Shown piece by piece: positions 19,058-26,357 of a DNA stretch of 34,259 bases (the stretch's first letter is position 1; each line of letters starts with the position of its first letter). This DNA is from Candidatus Parcubacteria bacterium (GTDB lineage: Bacteria; Patescibacteriota; Minisyncoccia; UBA6257; JAPLYJ01). Both the position numbers and the translations under genes were made by a program. Under the pieces are notes generated by a model. It saw only the letters and a list, made by a program, of their open reading frames with translations. It was not told where the DNA came from and ran no database searches. Location of the stretch: NCBI GenBank assembly GCA_026395655.1, contig JAPLYJ010000064.1, positions 1 to 34,259 on the forward strand. The letters run 5' to 3'.

Positions 19058-20293
19058 ATGACTATTTTTGAAATTCTTACATACTTTTCTATCTTCATTG
19101 GTTTGTATTTTGCCATTTTTATTTTTAGTACTTTTTTTGAAAACAGAAAAAAAATACATCTTAAAGATGACAAACAATATGATTTTCCGTTAGTAAGCTT
19201 AGTGGTGCCTTGCTACAATGAAGAATTAAATATTGCTAAAACTATTCAATCAATTTTAAACCTTGATTACCCATCTGATAAATTAGACATTATTGTTATT
19301 GATGATGGTAGCAATGATCAAACATATCAAAAAGCAAAAGAATTTGAATTAGAAGACAATCGCGTAAGAGTTTTTAAAAAAGAAAATGGGGGAAAATATA
19401 CAGCTTTAAACTTAGGTATTTCTAAGGCTAAAGCTAATTTTGTTGCTACCGTAGACGCTGATTCATATCTGCATACGTTATCACTTAGAAAAATGATGTT
19501 GTATTTTGCTGATTCATCAATTAAAGCTACTATTTCTACAGTAGTAGTAGATCGTCCTAAAAATATCTTAGAAGGTGTTCAATACGTAGAATATCTCATG
19601 GGAGGGTTTTTAAGAAAAGTTTTTTCTTTTGTAGGTGGTATCAATGTTGTGCCTGGTCCCTTAGCTGTTTTTCGCAAAGAAGTTTTTGAAAAATTAGGTG
19701 CATTCCGCAGAGCATACCAAACTGAGGACTTAGAGATAGCTTTAAGAATGCAAAGAGCCAATTACAAGATAGCCCATGCCATTGATGCCATTGTGTATAC
19801 CAATGGTTGTAAAACATTTAAAGAATTGTTCTATCAAAGATTACGCTGGCGCCAAGGTTTGATTTTTAATTTCATTGATTACAAAGATTTACTTAATTTA
19901 AAAAAACATGGTAATTTAGCGTTTTTGATGATAAATAGTATTGTTGGTATTTTTCTTTCAGTAGTTATCTTTTTATTTGTCGCCTACCAAACTATTAGTT
20001 TAATTATCAGACAAATTCATTTTTTGTTTTTAATCAGATGGGATACCTTAACTTTTTCTTTACCAAAATTAAGCTGGATCACTTTAAACACTACACCAGT
20101 TGCTTTATTAAGTTTAGTAGCTATCATTTGTTGTTTAATATATATTCTTTTAAGTAAAATATATACCCTAAATCAAGAGATGAAATATACCAATATTGCT
20201 TTCTATATCTTACTTTTTCCAATCCTTAATGCCGTTTGGTGGATTTCCACTTTTTGGTCAACCTTAATTAGAAAAGAAGTGATATGGAAGTAA
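19058..20293 (+). CDS. Processive family-2 glycosyltransferase (PgaC/IcaA/cellulose-synthase-like) with N- and C-terminal TM segments
   Basis: VVPCYNEE, IIVIDDGSND, VDADS, TEDLE, QRLRWRQG (QxxRW). Confidence 0.75.
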   Translation: MTIFEILTYFSIFIGLYFAIFIFSTFFENRKKIHLKDDKQYDFPLVSLVVPCYNEELNIAKTIQSILNLDYPSDKLDIIVIDDGSNDQTYQKAKEFELEDNRVRVFKKENGGKYTALNLGISKAKANFVATVDADSYLHTLSLRKMMLYFADSSIKATISTVVVDRPKNILEGVQYVEYLMGGFLRKVFSFVGGINVVPGPLAVFRKEVFEKLGAFRRAYQTEDLEIALRMQRANYKIAHAIDAIVYTNGCKTFKELFYQRLRWRQGLIFNFIDYKDLLNLKKHGNLAFLMINSIVGIFLSVVIFLFVAYQTISLIIRQIHFLFLIRWDTLTFSLPKLSWITLNTTPVALLSLVAIICCLIYILLSKIYTLNQEMKYTNIAFYILLFPILNAVWWISTFWSTLIRKEVIWK

Positions 20294-21006
20294 ACGAAAA
20301 AAAAATAAGTTGGGTAAGATACCTTCTAATTTTCTTTCTAACTTTAGTTATCTTTGGTAGTGGTTTTTATTTAAGCAATACCATTGTAGAAAAAAAGATT
20401 ACCGCTATTTCTAAGTTACAACAAGGGTTAAGTATTGATATTTTGTCCATTGAAACTCAATTTTCCATTTTAACTCAAGTACCTTGTAAAAATCTTAATG
20501 AGTCTACTTTAGCTAAAGAGTTATATGACATTGCCTTAAAACTTTCTTCGGTAGGTAGCTCTTTAGGTGAAAACAATCCTGACTATTTAATTTTAAAAAA
20601 ATATTATTCCATCTTAGAAATCAAACATTGGTTGCTATTAAAAAAAGCAGCCAAAGAATGCCAAATGGATTTAGTGTCTGTAGCATATTTCTATGGGGAT
20701 AAGAAAAGTTGTCAGAATTGTGAAGATCAAGGTTACATTTTAACTGCCTTAAGAGAAAAATATCCTTTTTTACGTGTATATTCTTTTGATTACCTTTTGC
20801 CTTTAGTACCTTTAGAAACTATCAAATCCATCTATAATTTAAAAAATAATCTACCCGTTTTAGTTATTAACGATGATGTCTATTACGGTCTTAAATCACA
20901 AGAAGAATTAGAAACAATATTTAAAACATATATCAAATTAAACAAATTAGAACCTACAGAAACTAGTACCCCTACAACCAGTTCAACATCTACAAAGAAA
21001 AATTAA
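20284..21006 (+). CDS. Membrane-anchored hypothetical protein with a CxxC pair and a Thr/Ser-rich tail
   Basis: N-terminal TM helix. SCQNCEDQG. C-terminal PTETSTPTTSSTSTKKN. Overlaps the GT2 gene by 10 nt. Confidence 0.5.
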   Translation: MEVNEKKISWVRYLLIFFLTLVIFGSGFYLSNTIVEKKITAISKLQQGLSIDILSIETQFSILTQVPCKNLNESTLAKELYDIALKLSSVGSSLGENNPDYLILKKYYSILEIKHWLLLKKAAKECQMDLVSVAYFYGDKKSCQNCEDQGYILTALREKYPFLRVYSFDYLLPLVPLETIKSIYNLKNNLPVLVINDDVYYGLKSQEELETIFKTYIKLNKLEPTETSTPTTSSTSTKKN

Positions 21007-21011
21007 AAAAA

Positions 21012-21036
21012 CCATCAGATTTATGATGGCTTTTTT
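21012..21036. terminator. Bidirectional rho-independent terminator between convergent genes
   Basis: AAAAAAA CCATCA gattta TGATGG C TTTTTT. It has an A-run on one side and a T-run on the other. Confidence 0.75.
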
Positions 21037-21040
21037 AATG

Positions 21041-21604
21041 TTATTCGTTAGCTCTTTCTACATATTCTCCACTTTCCGTGTTTATTCTAATAACTTCTCC
21101 TTCTTTAATAAAAATAGGAACATTAACTTCTAACCCGGTTTCTAATTTTACTGTTTTAAAAGCTCCTCCCGAAGTATTACCTTTAATAGCTGGGGCTGCT
21201 TCTGTAATTTTTAATGAAACTTTTTTAGGTATGTTTAAACTCAATAACTCATCGTCTACGTATAATAAATCTATATCTGAGTTCTGTCTAAGATATATGA
21301 CTTTGTCTTTAACCGAATCAATGGGTAAAGATACCCTTTGATTGTCATTTTTAATTAAAAACACGGAATTTTGTCTGTCACTGTAAAGATAGCTAGCTTT
21401 CTTATATGTTAACTCTGATTCTTCAAATTTTTCACCAGATTTAAAAGTTCTTTCTACCACTTTTTCAGTTTTCATGTTTTTTAATTTGGTTCTGAAAAAA
21501 GCTGAACCTTTACCGGGACTGACAAATTGAAAATCAACAATCACCCAAGGTTGATCCTCTATATTCAATATCATGCCTTTTGTAAAATCTGAAGTAGAAA
21601 TCAT
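21041..21604 (-). CDS. efp: Elongation factor P
   Basis: MISTSDFTKGMIL...WVIVDFQFVSPGKGSAFFRTKLKN (conserved modified-Lys loop). 187 aa. Confidence 0.92.
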   Translation of the reverse strand: MISTSDFTKGMILNIEDQPWVIVDFQFVSPGKGSAFFRTKLKNMKTEKVVERTFKSGEKFEESELTYKKASYLYSDRQNSVFLIKNDNQRVSLPIDSVKDKVIYLRQNSDIDLLYVDDELLSLNIPKKVSLKITEAAPAIKGNTSGGAFKTVKLETGLEVNVPIFIKEGEVIRINTESGEYVERANE

Positions 21605-21611
21605 ATATAAA

Positions 21612-22646
21612 TTATTTAAAGATTTGTTTAGCTGGGAACATCAATAAATCGTTGATATCATTAATGTTTAATATTAACATTTGTAATCTATCTACGCCTA
21701 GAGCTATCCCACCAGAATCAGGCATTTTTGATTTTAAAGCATTAATGAAGTCATTGTCAATGGGAATGATTTTTTTGTTTAACTTTTCTCTGACATCTTG
21801 TTCTTCTTTGAAACGTTTGTATTGTTCTTTGTAGTCTGTTAATTCTGAAAAAGCATTAGCTAATTCCATACCACCAATATATGCTTCAAACCTTTCAGCG
21901 TAAAAGCTTTTTTTATTTTTTCTTTTAGCTAAAGAAGCTTGGTGCAGGGGATATTCATATATGATCATAGGTCTATCTTTAGGTAACCTAGGCTCTATAG
22001 CATTTAAAAATACCTTGTAAAAAACATCATCCCAATTGTCTTGGATATCTATTGTAAAATCTTTTTGGATAGCTAATTTTTTAAAATTTTTCAAATTCTT
22101 ACATTGATCTAAATCTAAATGAGCGTATTTTTTAAAAGCTTGTTTGACAGTCATCTTAGGCCAAGGCAAGCTTAAATCAATTTTGTTATTTTCGTATACA
22201 AGATATTTAGATTTATTGATTTTTTTGTTAACTTCAAAAACCAATTGTTCTAGATCTAACATTATTTGATAATAGTTTGAATGACTACGATACCATTCTA
22301 ACATGGTAAATTCTGGATTATGATTTGGTCCAAAGCTTTCATCTGATCTAAAAACTCTAGCTAGCTCAAATACCTTATCAAACCCAGCACAAAGCATTTT
22401 TTTTAAAGAATATTCCGGGGAAGTGATTAAGTACCCTAAATACGATTTACCTTTTTCATCATAAAATTCAGTTTGAAAAGGATTTAAATATGGTTCTTGC
22501 CCAGCACATTCAACCAGAATTGGAGTTTGAGCTTCTAAGAACCCTCTCACCTTAAAAAACGATCTAATGTAATCATTAATCTCAGCTCTCTTTTTTTGCA
22601 CAGAGGTAAGCTTAGGATCTTTTTTAATTTTTTCCCAATTTTGCAT
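21612..22646 (-). CDS. epmA: EF-P beta-lysine ligase (EpmA/GenX/PoxA), class II LysRS paralogue without an anticodon-binding domain
   Basis: FLEAQTPIL, ITSPEYSLKKML, VFELARVFRSDE, NPEFTMLEWY, ANAFSEL, GIALGVDRL. 344 aa. Adjacent to efp. Confidence 0.85.
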   Translation of the reverse strand: MQNWEKIKKDPKLTSVQKKRAEINDYIRSFFKVRGFLEAQTPILVECAGQEPYLNPFQTEFYDEKGKSYLGYLITSPEYSLKKMLCAGFDKVFELARVFRSDESFGPNHNPEFTMLEWYRSHSNYYQIMLDLEQLVFEVNKKINKSKYLVYENNKIDLSLPWPKMTVKQAFKKYAHLDLDQCKNLKNFKKLAIQKDFTIDIQDNWDDVFYKVFLNAIEPRLPKDRPMIIYEYPLHQASLAKRKNKKSFYAERFEAYIGGMELANAFSELTDYKEQYKRFKEEQDVREKLNKKIIPIDNDFINALKSKMPDSGGIALGVDRLQMLILNINDINDLLMFPAKQIFK

Positions 22647-22825
22647 GTTAGATGTTTAATTGTTAAACATTGTAGCATTTTTTTGTATGTTTTGTCATTC
22701 TTTCTGCCATTGACAAAAATGGTATAACTTGTTAAGGTATTTAATAAAAAGTACATTGAAAATATATTTTCCCTCATAAACCCTGAATTCGCAATAAAAT
22801 GTGACAGGTAGAGGCAGGAGGAAAG

Positions 22826-23461
22826 ATGTACCAATATTGTGATAAGTTAGCGCCGGCAGGGAGGTATCCTTGCCTTTACCTTGCCAAGGGTGGCGAGGTA
22901 AAAAAATTTAAAGGAGAAAATATTTCAGATTTTTGCTGTATTGCTACAGAGCAGTACAGCAAAAATGGTAAGTGGTCTAGCACCACTTACCAACTGGAGC
23001 TCTCTCCAGGTGTACGCCCTCTCTATTTTCTCTCCCCGATGCATGGGACATGGGGAGATGACCTCAAATCATGGGGGGAAGTAGTTGAGAAACTCAGTCT
23101 TCCGGTTGATGTCGCAAAAGCGATAATTGGGACTGAGTTCAAGACGACTGCAAATCGCCTCGACAAACTTGAAGAGTTTGCCTTGGCGACCGAGACCGAA
23201 GAAGTCACGACGGAAACTGTCATTATCTCCTTTGGATCGCCCTCTAACCGGGCGATTAGAGAAGGGTATTGGGAGGAACCCAAATCCTCACAGACGAGTA
23301 ACGGTCAAACCGTTACTGTAGCACCGGGCGTGGATGCCGATTGGGGTAATCCTTCGGTTGTGGAACCGGAAGGTGCGAAAGTTATCTCCTCCCGGCACGT
23401 TCCAGGGATGCACGGCGGATATTGGACAGTAGAAGTGATTGTTCCAATCCTCGCCGCGTAA
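22826..23461 (+). CDS. Hypothetical protein (211 aa) in a second G+C-richer, SD-bearing stand-alone cassette
   Basis: Strong SD gcAGGAGGaaagATG. Composition differs from the flanks. Followed by a strong terminator. No motif recognised. Confidence 0.6.
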   Translation: MYQYCDKLAPAGRYPCLYLAKGGEVKKFKGENISDFCCIATEQYSKNGKWSSTTYQLELSPGVRPLYFLSPMHGTWGDDLKSWGEVVEKLSLPVDVAKAIIGTEFKTTANRLDKLEEFALATETEEVTTETVIISFGSPSNRAIREGYWEEPKSSQTSNGQTVTVAPGVDADWGNPSVVEPEGAKVISSRHVPGMHGGYWTVEVIVPILAA

Positions 23462-23480
23462 TCGCGTAGTAACAACAATC

Positions 23481-23523
23481 GAGCCCCAGTGGTTAAACAT
23501 CTACCACATGGGGCTCTTTTTTT
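23481..23523 (+). terminator. Rho-independent terminator
   Basis: GAGCCCCAGTGG ...11-nt loop... CCAC(a)TGGGGCTC followed by TTTTTTT. Confidence 0.85.
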
Positions 23524-23657
23524 AACTATAGTTTTTGAATAATATATTTTTAAAAAATATTTTTGATATTTAAACAAAAATTTGAACTTTTTAATTATTG
23601 TTTTTTGTGTTAAATTATTATTAATGGAAAAACCAAAAATAACTATAAAATAAAAAC

Positions 23658-25385
23658 ATGGACGGGAAAAAGATTATATCAGGGATGCCATCAATGTCTC
23701 CAAAAACACCAGAGGCAATGGAGCAACCAAAAGAAATTGAAAAAAAGTTTTTAATTGAAACCTTGCCTGATAATTTAGAAGATTATCCTTCTGAAGAAAT
23801 TATGCAAGGATATATTGCTATTACCGACGATGGTACGGAAGTTCGTTTACGCAAAAAAGGTGATATGTATTTTCAAACAATTAAAAGTGGGAATGGAAAA
23901 ACAAGAACAGAATCTGAAATTGAGATAACAGAAGAACAATTTAATATACTTTGGAAAACAACGGTTGGTAAAAGATTAGAAAAAAAGAGATATAAAATTC
24001 CTCATGCAAATGGAGTGATTGAATTAGATATCTATGGCGAAGGCTTAGAAGGTCTTGTAACAGCTGAAATAGAGTTTCCATCCGAAGAGGAAAGTGATGC
24101 GTTTGTTGTCCCAACTTGGTTTGGCGAAGAAGTAACAGAAGACAAAAGATATAAAAATCAAAAATTAGTATCTAGTGGTATGCCTGAAGAAGAGAATTTA
24201 GAAATATTAGATATCCCTGAATATAATTTAGAAGATGGCATAGAAAAAATAGTATCTCTTATTAATGAAAAATTATCCTCACAAACAGGTCCTGTTTTGA
24301 TTGAAATTGCAGGGGGTTCGGCTTCTGGCAAAACAAGCGCTGTCTCTCGGAAAATAAAAGAAATTTTTGGTGATGAAGCAATTATTTTTTCAATGGATGA
24401 TTACTATCGCGGAAAAACATTTATGAACAGCGAAGCAGAAAAAGGGAATAATCTAAATTGGGATCAACCAGAAGCTCTTAATTTAGAACTATTGCAAGAA
24501 CATTTAAAAAATTTAAAAAGCGGAGAGCAAATTGAAAAACCAGTATATGATATGAAAACTAGCGAACCCATAGATACAGAGATAATTCAACCTAACAGAG
24601 TTATTATCGTAGAAGGTCTATTCGCCCTTAATGATATCATCTCAGGAGAGGGTGATATTAAAGTATTTGTTGATATTGGTACGCATGGAAGGATTTTAAG
24701 AAGACTTTTGCGTGATATAGAGAGAACGGGTCAAAAGCCTGCTGATATTTTAAGGTATTTTGCTGAGGTAGTAGAGCCAATGCATGAAAAGTATATTCAA
24801 AACACGAAAAAGAACGCTAACATCATTGTAGATAATGAATATAGTCCAAAAGTAGAAGCTCAAAAGTCTGGCTTACATGAAATTCAATTAAAATTTAAAA
24901 TTGAATTAGATGCAGAAACTTTACGCAAGCTTGGCGCAGAAAGATTAAGTTCAACTACTCAAGTTGATTATTATTACAATCCTAAGGACAGAAATTTGAT
25001 TGAAACGAATGAGATTTTAAGAATTCGCCAAGAAGGGGATCACAAAATCTTAACTTATAAAGGTCCGAGGATGGAATCGGAATATAGGAAAAGACCAAAA
25101 TTTGAATTTGAAATTGATGAAGAAACAAATGAAAAATTCTTATCAATTTATGGTGACCAGATAAAAGAGATTAGAAAAGAAAGAATTTTATATGAATTAG
25201 AGGGAATAATATTTTCCATAGATTCAGTCATGAAAATAGAAGATGGGAAAGAAATAGATTTAGGCAAATTTATTGAGATTAGATCTACTAATAAAGAAAT
25301 AAATGATGAAAAAATAAAAGATGTAATATCAAAGCTTGGTCTGTCTTTACCGGATGGTATCAAAGAGTCGTATTTTGAAATGTAA
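23658..25385 (+). CDS. Triple-domain protein: CYTH (triphosphate tunnel metalloenzyme), uridine-kinase/PRK-family P-loop kinase, then a second CYTH (CyaB-like)
   Basis: CYTH1: EIEKKFL (ExExK), EVRLRKKG, ESEIEI, RYKI, ELDIY, AEIEF. Kinase: IAGGSASGKTS, SMDDYYRG, NWDQPEALN, VIIVEGLFAL, RRLLRDI. CYTH2: HEIQLKFKI, ILRIRQEG, LTYKGP, FEFEI. Confidence 0.8.
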   Translation: MDGKKIISGMPSMSPKTPEAMEQPKEIEKKFLIETLPDNLEDYPSEEIMQGYIAITDDGTEVRLRKKGDMYFQTIKSGNGKTRTESEIEITEEQFNILWKTTVGKRLEKKRYKIPHANGVIELDIYGEGLEGLVTAEIEFPSEEESDAFVVPTWFGEEVTEDKRYKNQKLVSSGMPEEENLEILDIPEYNLEDGIEKIVSLINEKLSSQTGPVLIEIAGGSASGKTSAVSRKIKEIFGDEAIIFSMDDYYRGKTFMNSEAEKGNNLNWDQPEALNLELLQEHLKNLKSGEQIEKPVYDMKTSEPIDTEIIQPNRVIIVEGLFALNDIISGEGDIKVFVDIGTHGRILRRLLRDIERTGQKPADILRYFAEVVEPMHEKYIQNTKKNANIIVDNEYSPKVEAQKSGLHEIQLKFKIELDAETLRKLGAERLSSTTQVDYYYNPKDRNLIETNEILRIRQEGDHKILTYKGPRMESEYRKRPKFEFEIDEETNEKFLSIYGDQIKEIRKERILYELEGIIFSIDSVMKIEDGKEIDLGKFIEIRSTNKEINDEKIKDVISKLGLSLPDGIKESYFEM

Positions 25386-25410
25386 TTTATTAATTAAAAA
25401 AACAAAAAAA

Positions 25411-26271
25411 ATGAATCAAAACAATTTTGTATCTGGAATGCCTCAGATGCCTCAAGAAAGCAAAGAGAGCGAACCAAAAATTGCGAAATTATCAGTTAAT
25501 GATTTTGCTGAAAAAATTGGGATTCAGCCCGATCAGCAAGGTCGTGTTACTTTTGCTCCAGAGCATGATAGGTTAGCATATGAATACGCTGAGAAATTTG
25601 CTCGCGACAATAAAGCAGAAAGAGTTATTATAGATGGTATTGCTTCTCCTGGAGTGATAGCTAGTTTTTTACATGGTATGCACCCAGCAGAAGGTTATTT
25701 AACCTATATGTCAAAAGACGCAGAAGGTAAAATGACAAAAGGTGAGACTAAAGTTTTAGAACCATTACCTCAAGGCGAAGGACAAGGACCAGAAGGTTTT
25801 ACATGGGTAAAAAAAGAAACCGAGGATTATACCTTAGTGGAATTTAATCTTGCTGGAGATTTTAAGATAGAAGATTTAGATAAAGTTATTCCTCCTGATG
25901 TTAATCCTGCAAAACCAGTGTTAATTTCCGGTCGTGGTCCTCTTTATCTAACTCATACAATTGCTGCTGGGTACAGGCATTATAAAGGCATTCCAGGGGT
26001 TGGTTTTTATCAGCCAGCAAGTAAATTCGGACCAGCTAAAACTGAAGTTGGTGTTTCTCACAATGAAGAGTTACCTTTAGGATTGAATTTTGGTGAACCA
26101 TCTGAAATTGGCACAGCTAAAGAGTTACATGAAAAACGAATTAAAGAGGGATTATCTGAAATAAAAAAGGGTAAAATTGTTTCTGTAGAAACAAATGATA
26201 AAATCATAAAATTTACTTTAGATAGCGGTGAAACATACAGTTTATCTGTTCGCGAGGTAACAAAAGAATAA
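25411..26271 (+). CDS. Csx3-like protein (possible tandem/pseudo-dimeric Csx3 fold), 286 aa
   Basis: YTLVEFNL...KPVLISGRGPLYLTHTIAAGYRH...VGFYQP...VGVSHNEE is collinear with my recollection of A. fulgidus Csx3 (FTLIHFEI...GVVISGRGPIWLHCFLAHKYHH...VAVYDPRLG...VVQSHSE). An upstream segment RVIIDGIASPGVIASFLHGMHP looks like a degenerate second copy. The ATG at 25411 is preferred over the alternative start at 25336. Confidence 0.55.
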   Translation: MNQNNFVSGMPQMPQESKESEPKIAKLSVNDFAEKIGIQPDQQGRVTFAPEHDRLAYEYAEKFARDNKAERVIIDGIASPGVIASFLHGMHPAEGYLTYMSKDAEGKMTKGETKVLEPLPQGEGQGPEGFTWVKKETEDYTLVEFNLAGDFKIEDLDKVIPPDVNPAKPVLISGRGPLYLTHTIAAGYRHYKGIPGVGFYQPASKFGPAKTEVGVSHNEELPLGLNFGEPSEIGTAKELHEKRIKEGLSEIKKGKIVSVETNDKIIKFTLDSGETYSLSVREVTKE

Positions 26272-26357
26272 TCTCAAAAATATAGAAGATTCTAATTCAA
26301 TACGACAAGGATATTAAAATATAATTAATAAGAGATAATTGATAATGAGTTAATACT

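Noticed and set aside
1585-23577. Many short antisense or overlapping ORFs in the track, such as 1585-1809(-), 3200-3427(-), 3574-3887(-), 6904-7236(-), 7537-7788(-), 8449-8787(-), 10726-10917(-), 11638-11967(-), 12065-12262(-), 13197-13403(-), 14932-15132(-), 15684-15935(-), 17078-17356(-), 18985-19173(-), 19579-19761(-), 21078-21341(+), 21652-21834(+), 22547-22834(-), 23023-23577 (several), 25148-25363(-), 28357-28596(-), 33740-33928(-)
   Set aside because: Each lies inside, and opposite to or out of frame with, a longer ORF that has clear family motifs. They have low-complexity or odd composition, no start context and no recognisable motifs. I treat them as shadow ORFs.
15364-25410. Track start codons 15364 (hydrogenase) and 25336 (Csx3-like protein)
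   Set aside because: Both are non-ATG extensions that overlap the preceding gene or cross its stop. ATG 15385 (MDNLVKIKIDGK) and ATG 25411 (MNQNNF...) give N-termini consistent with the family or with the shared SGMP motif.
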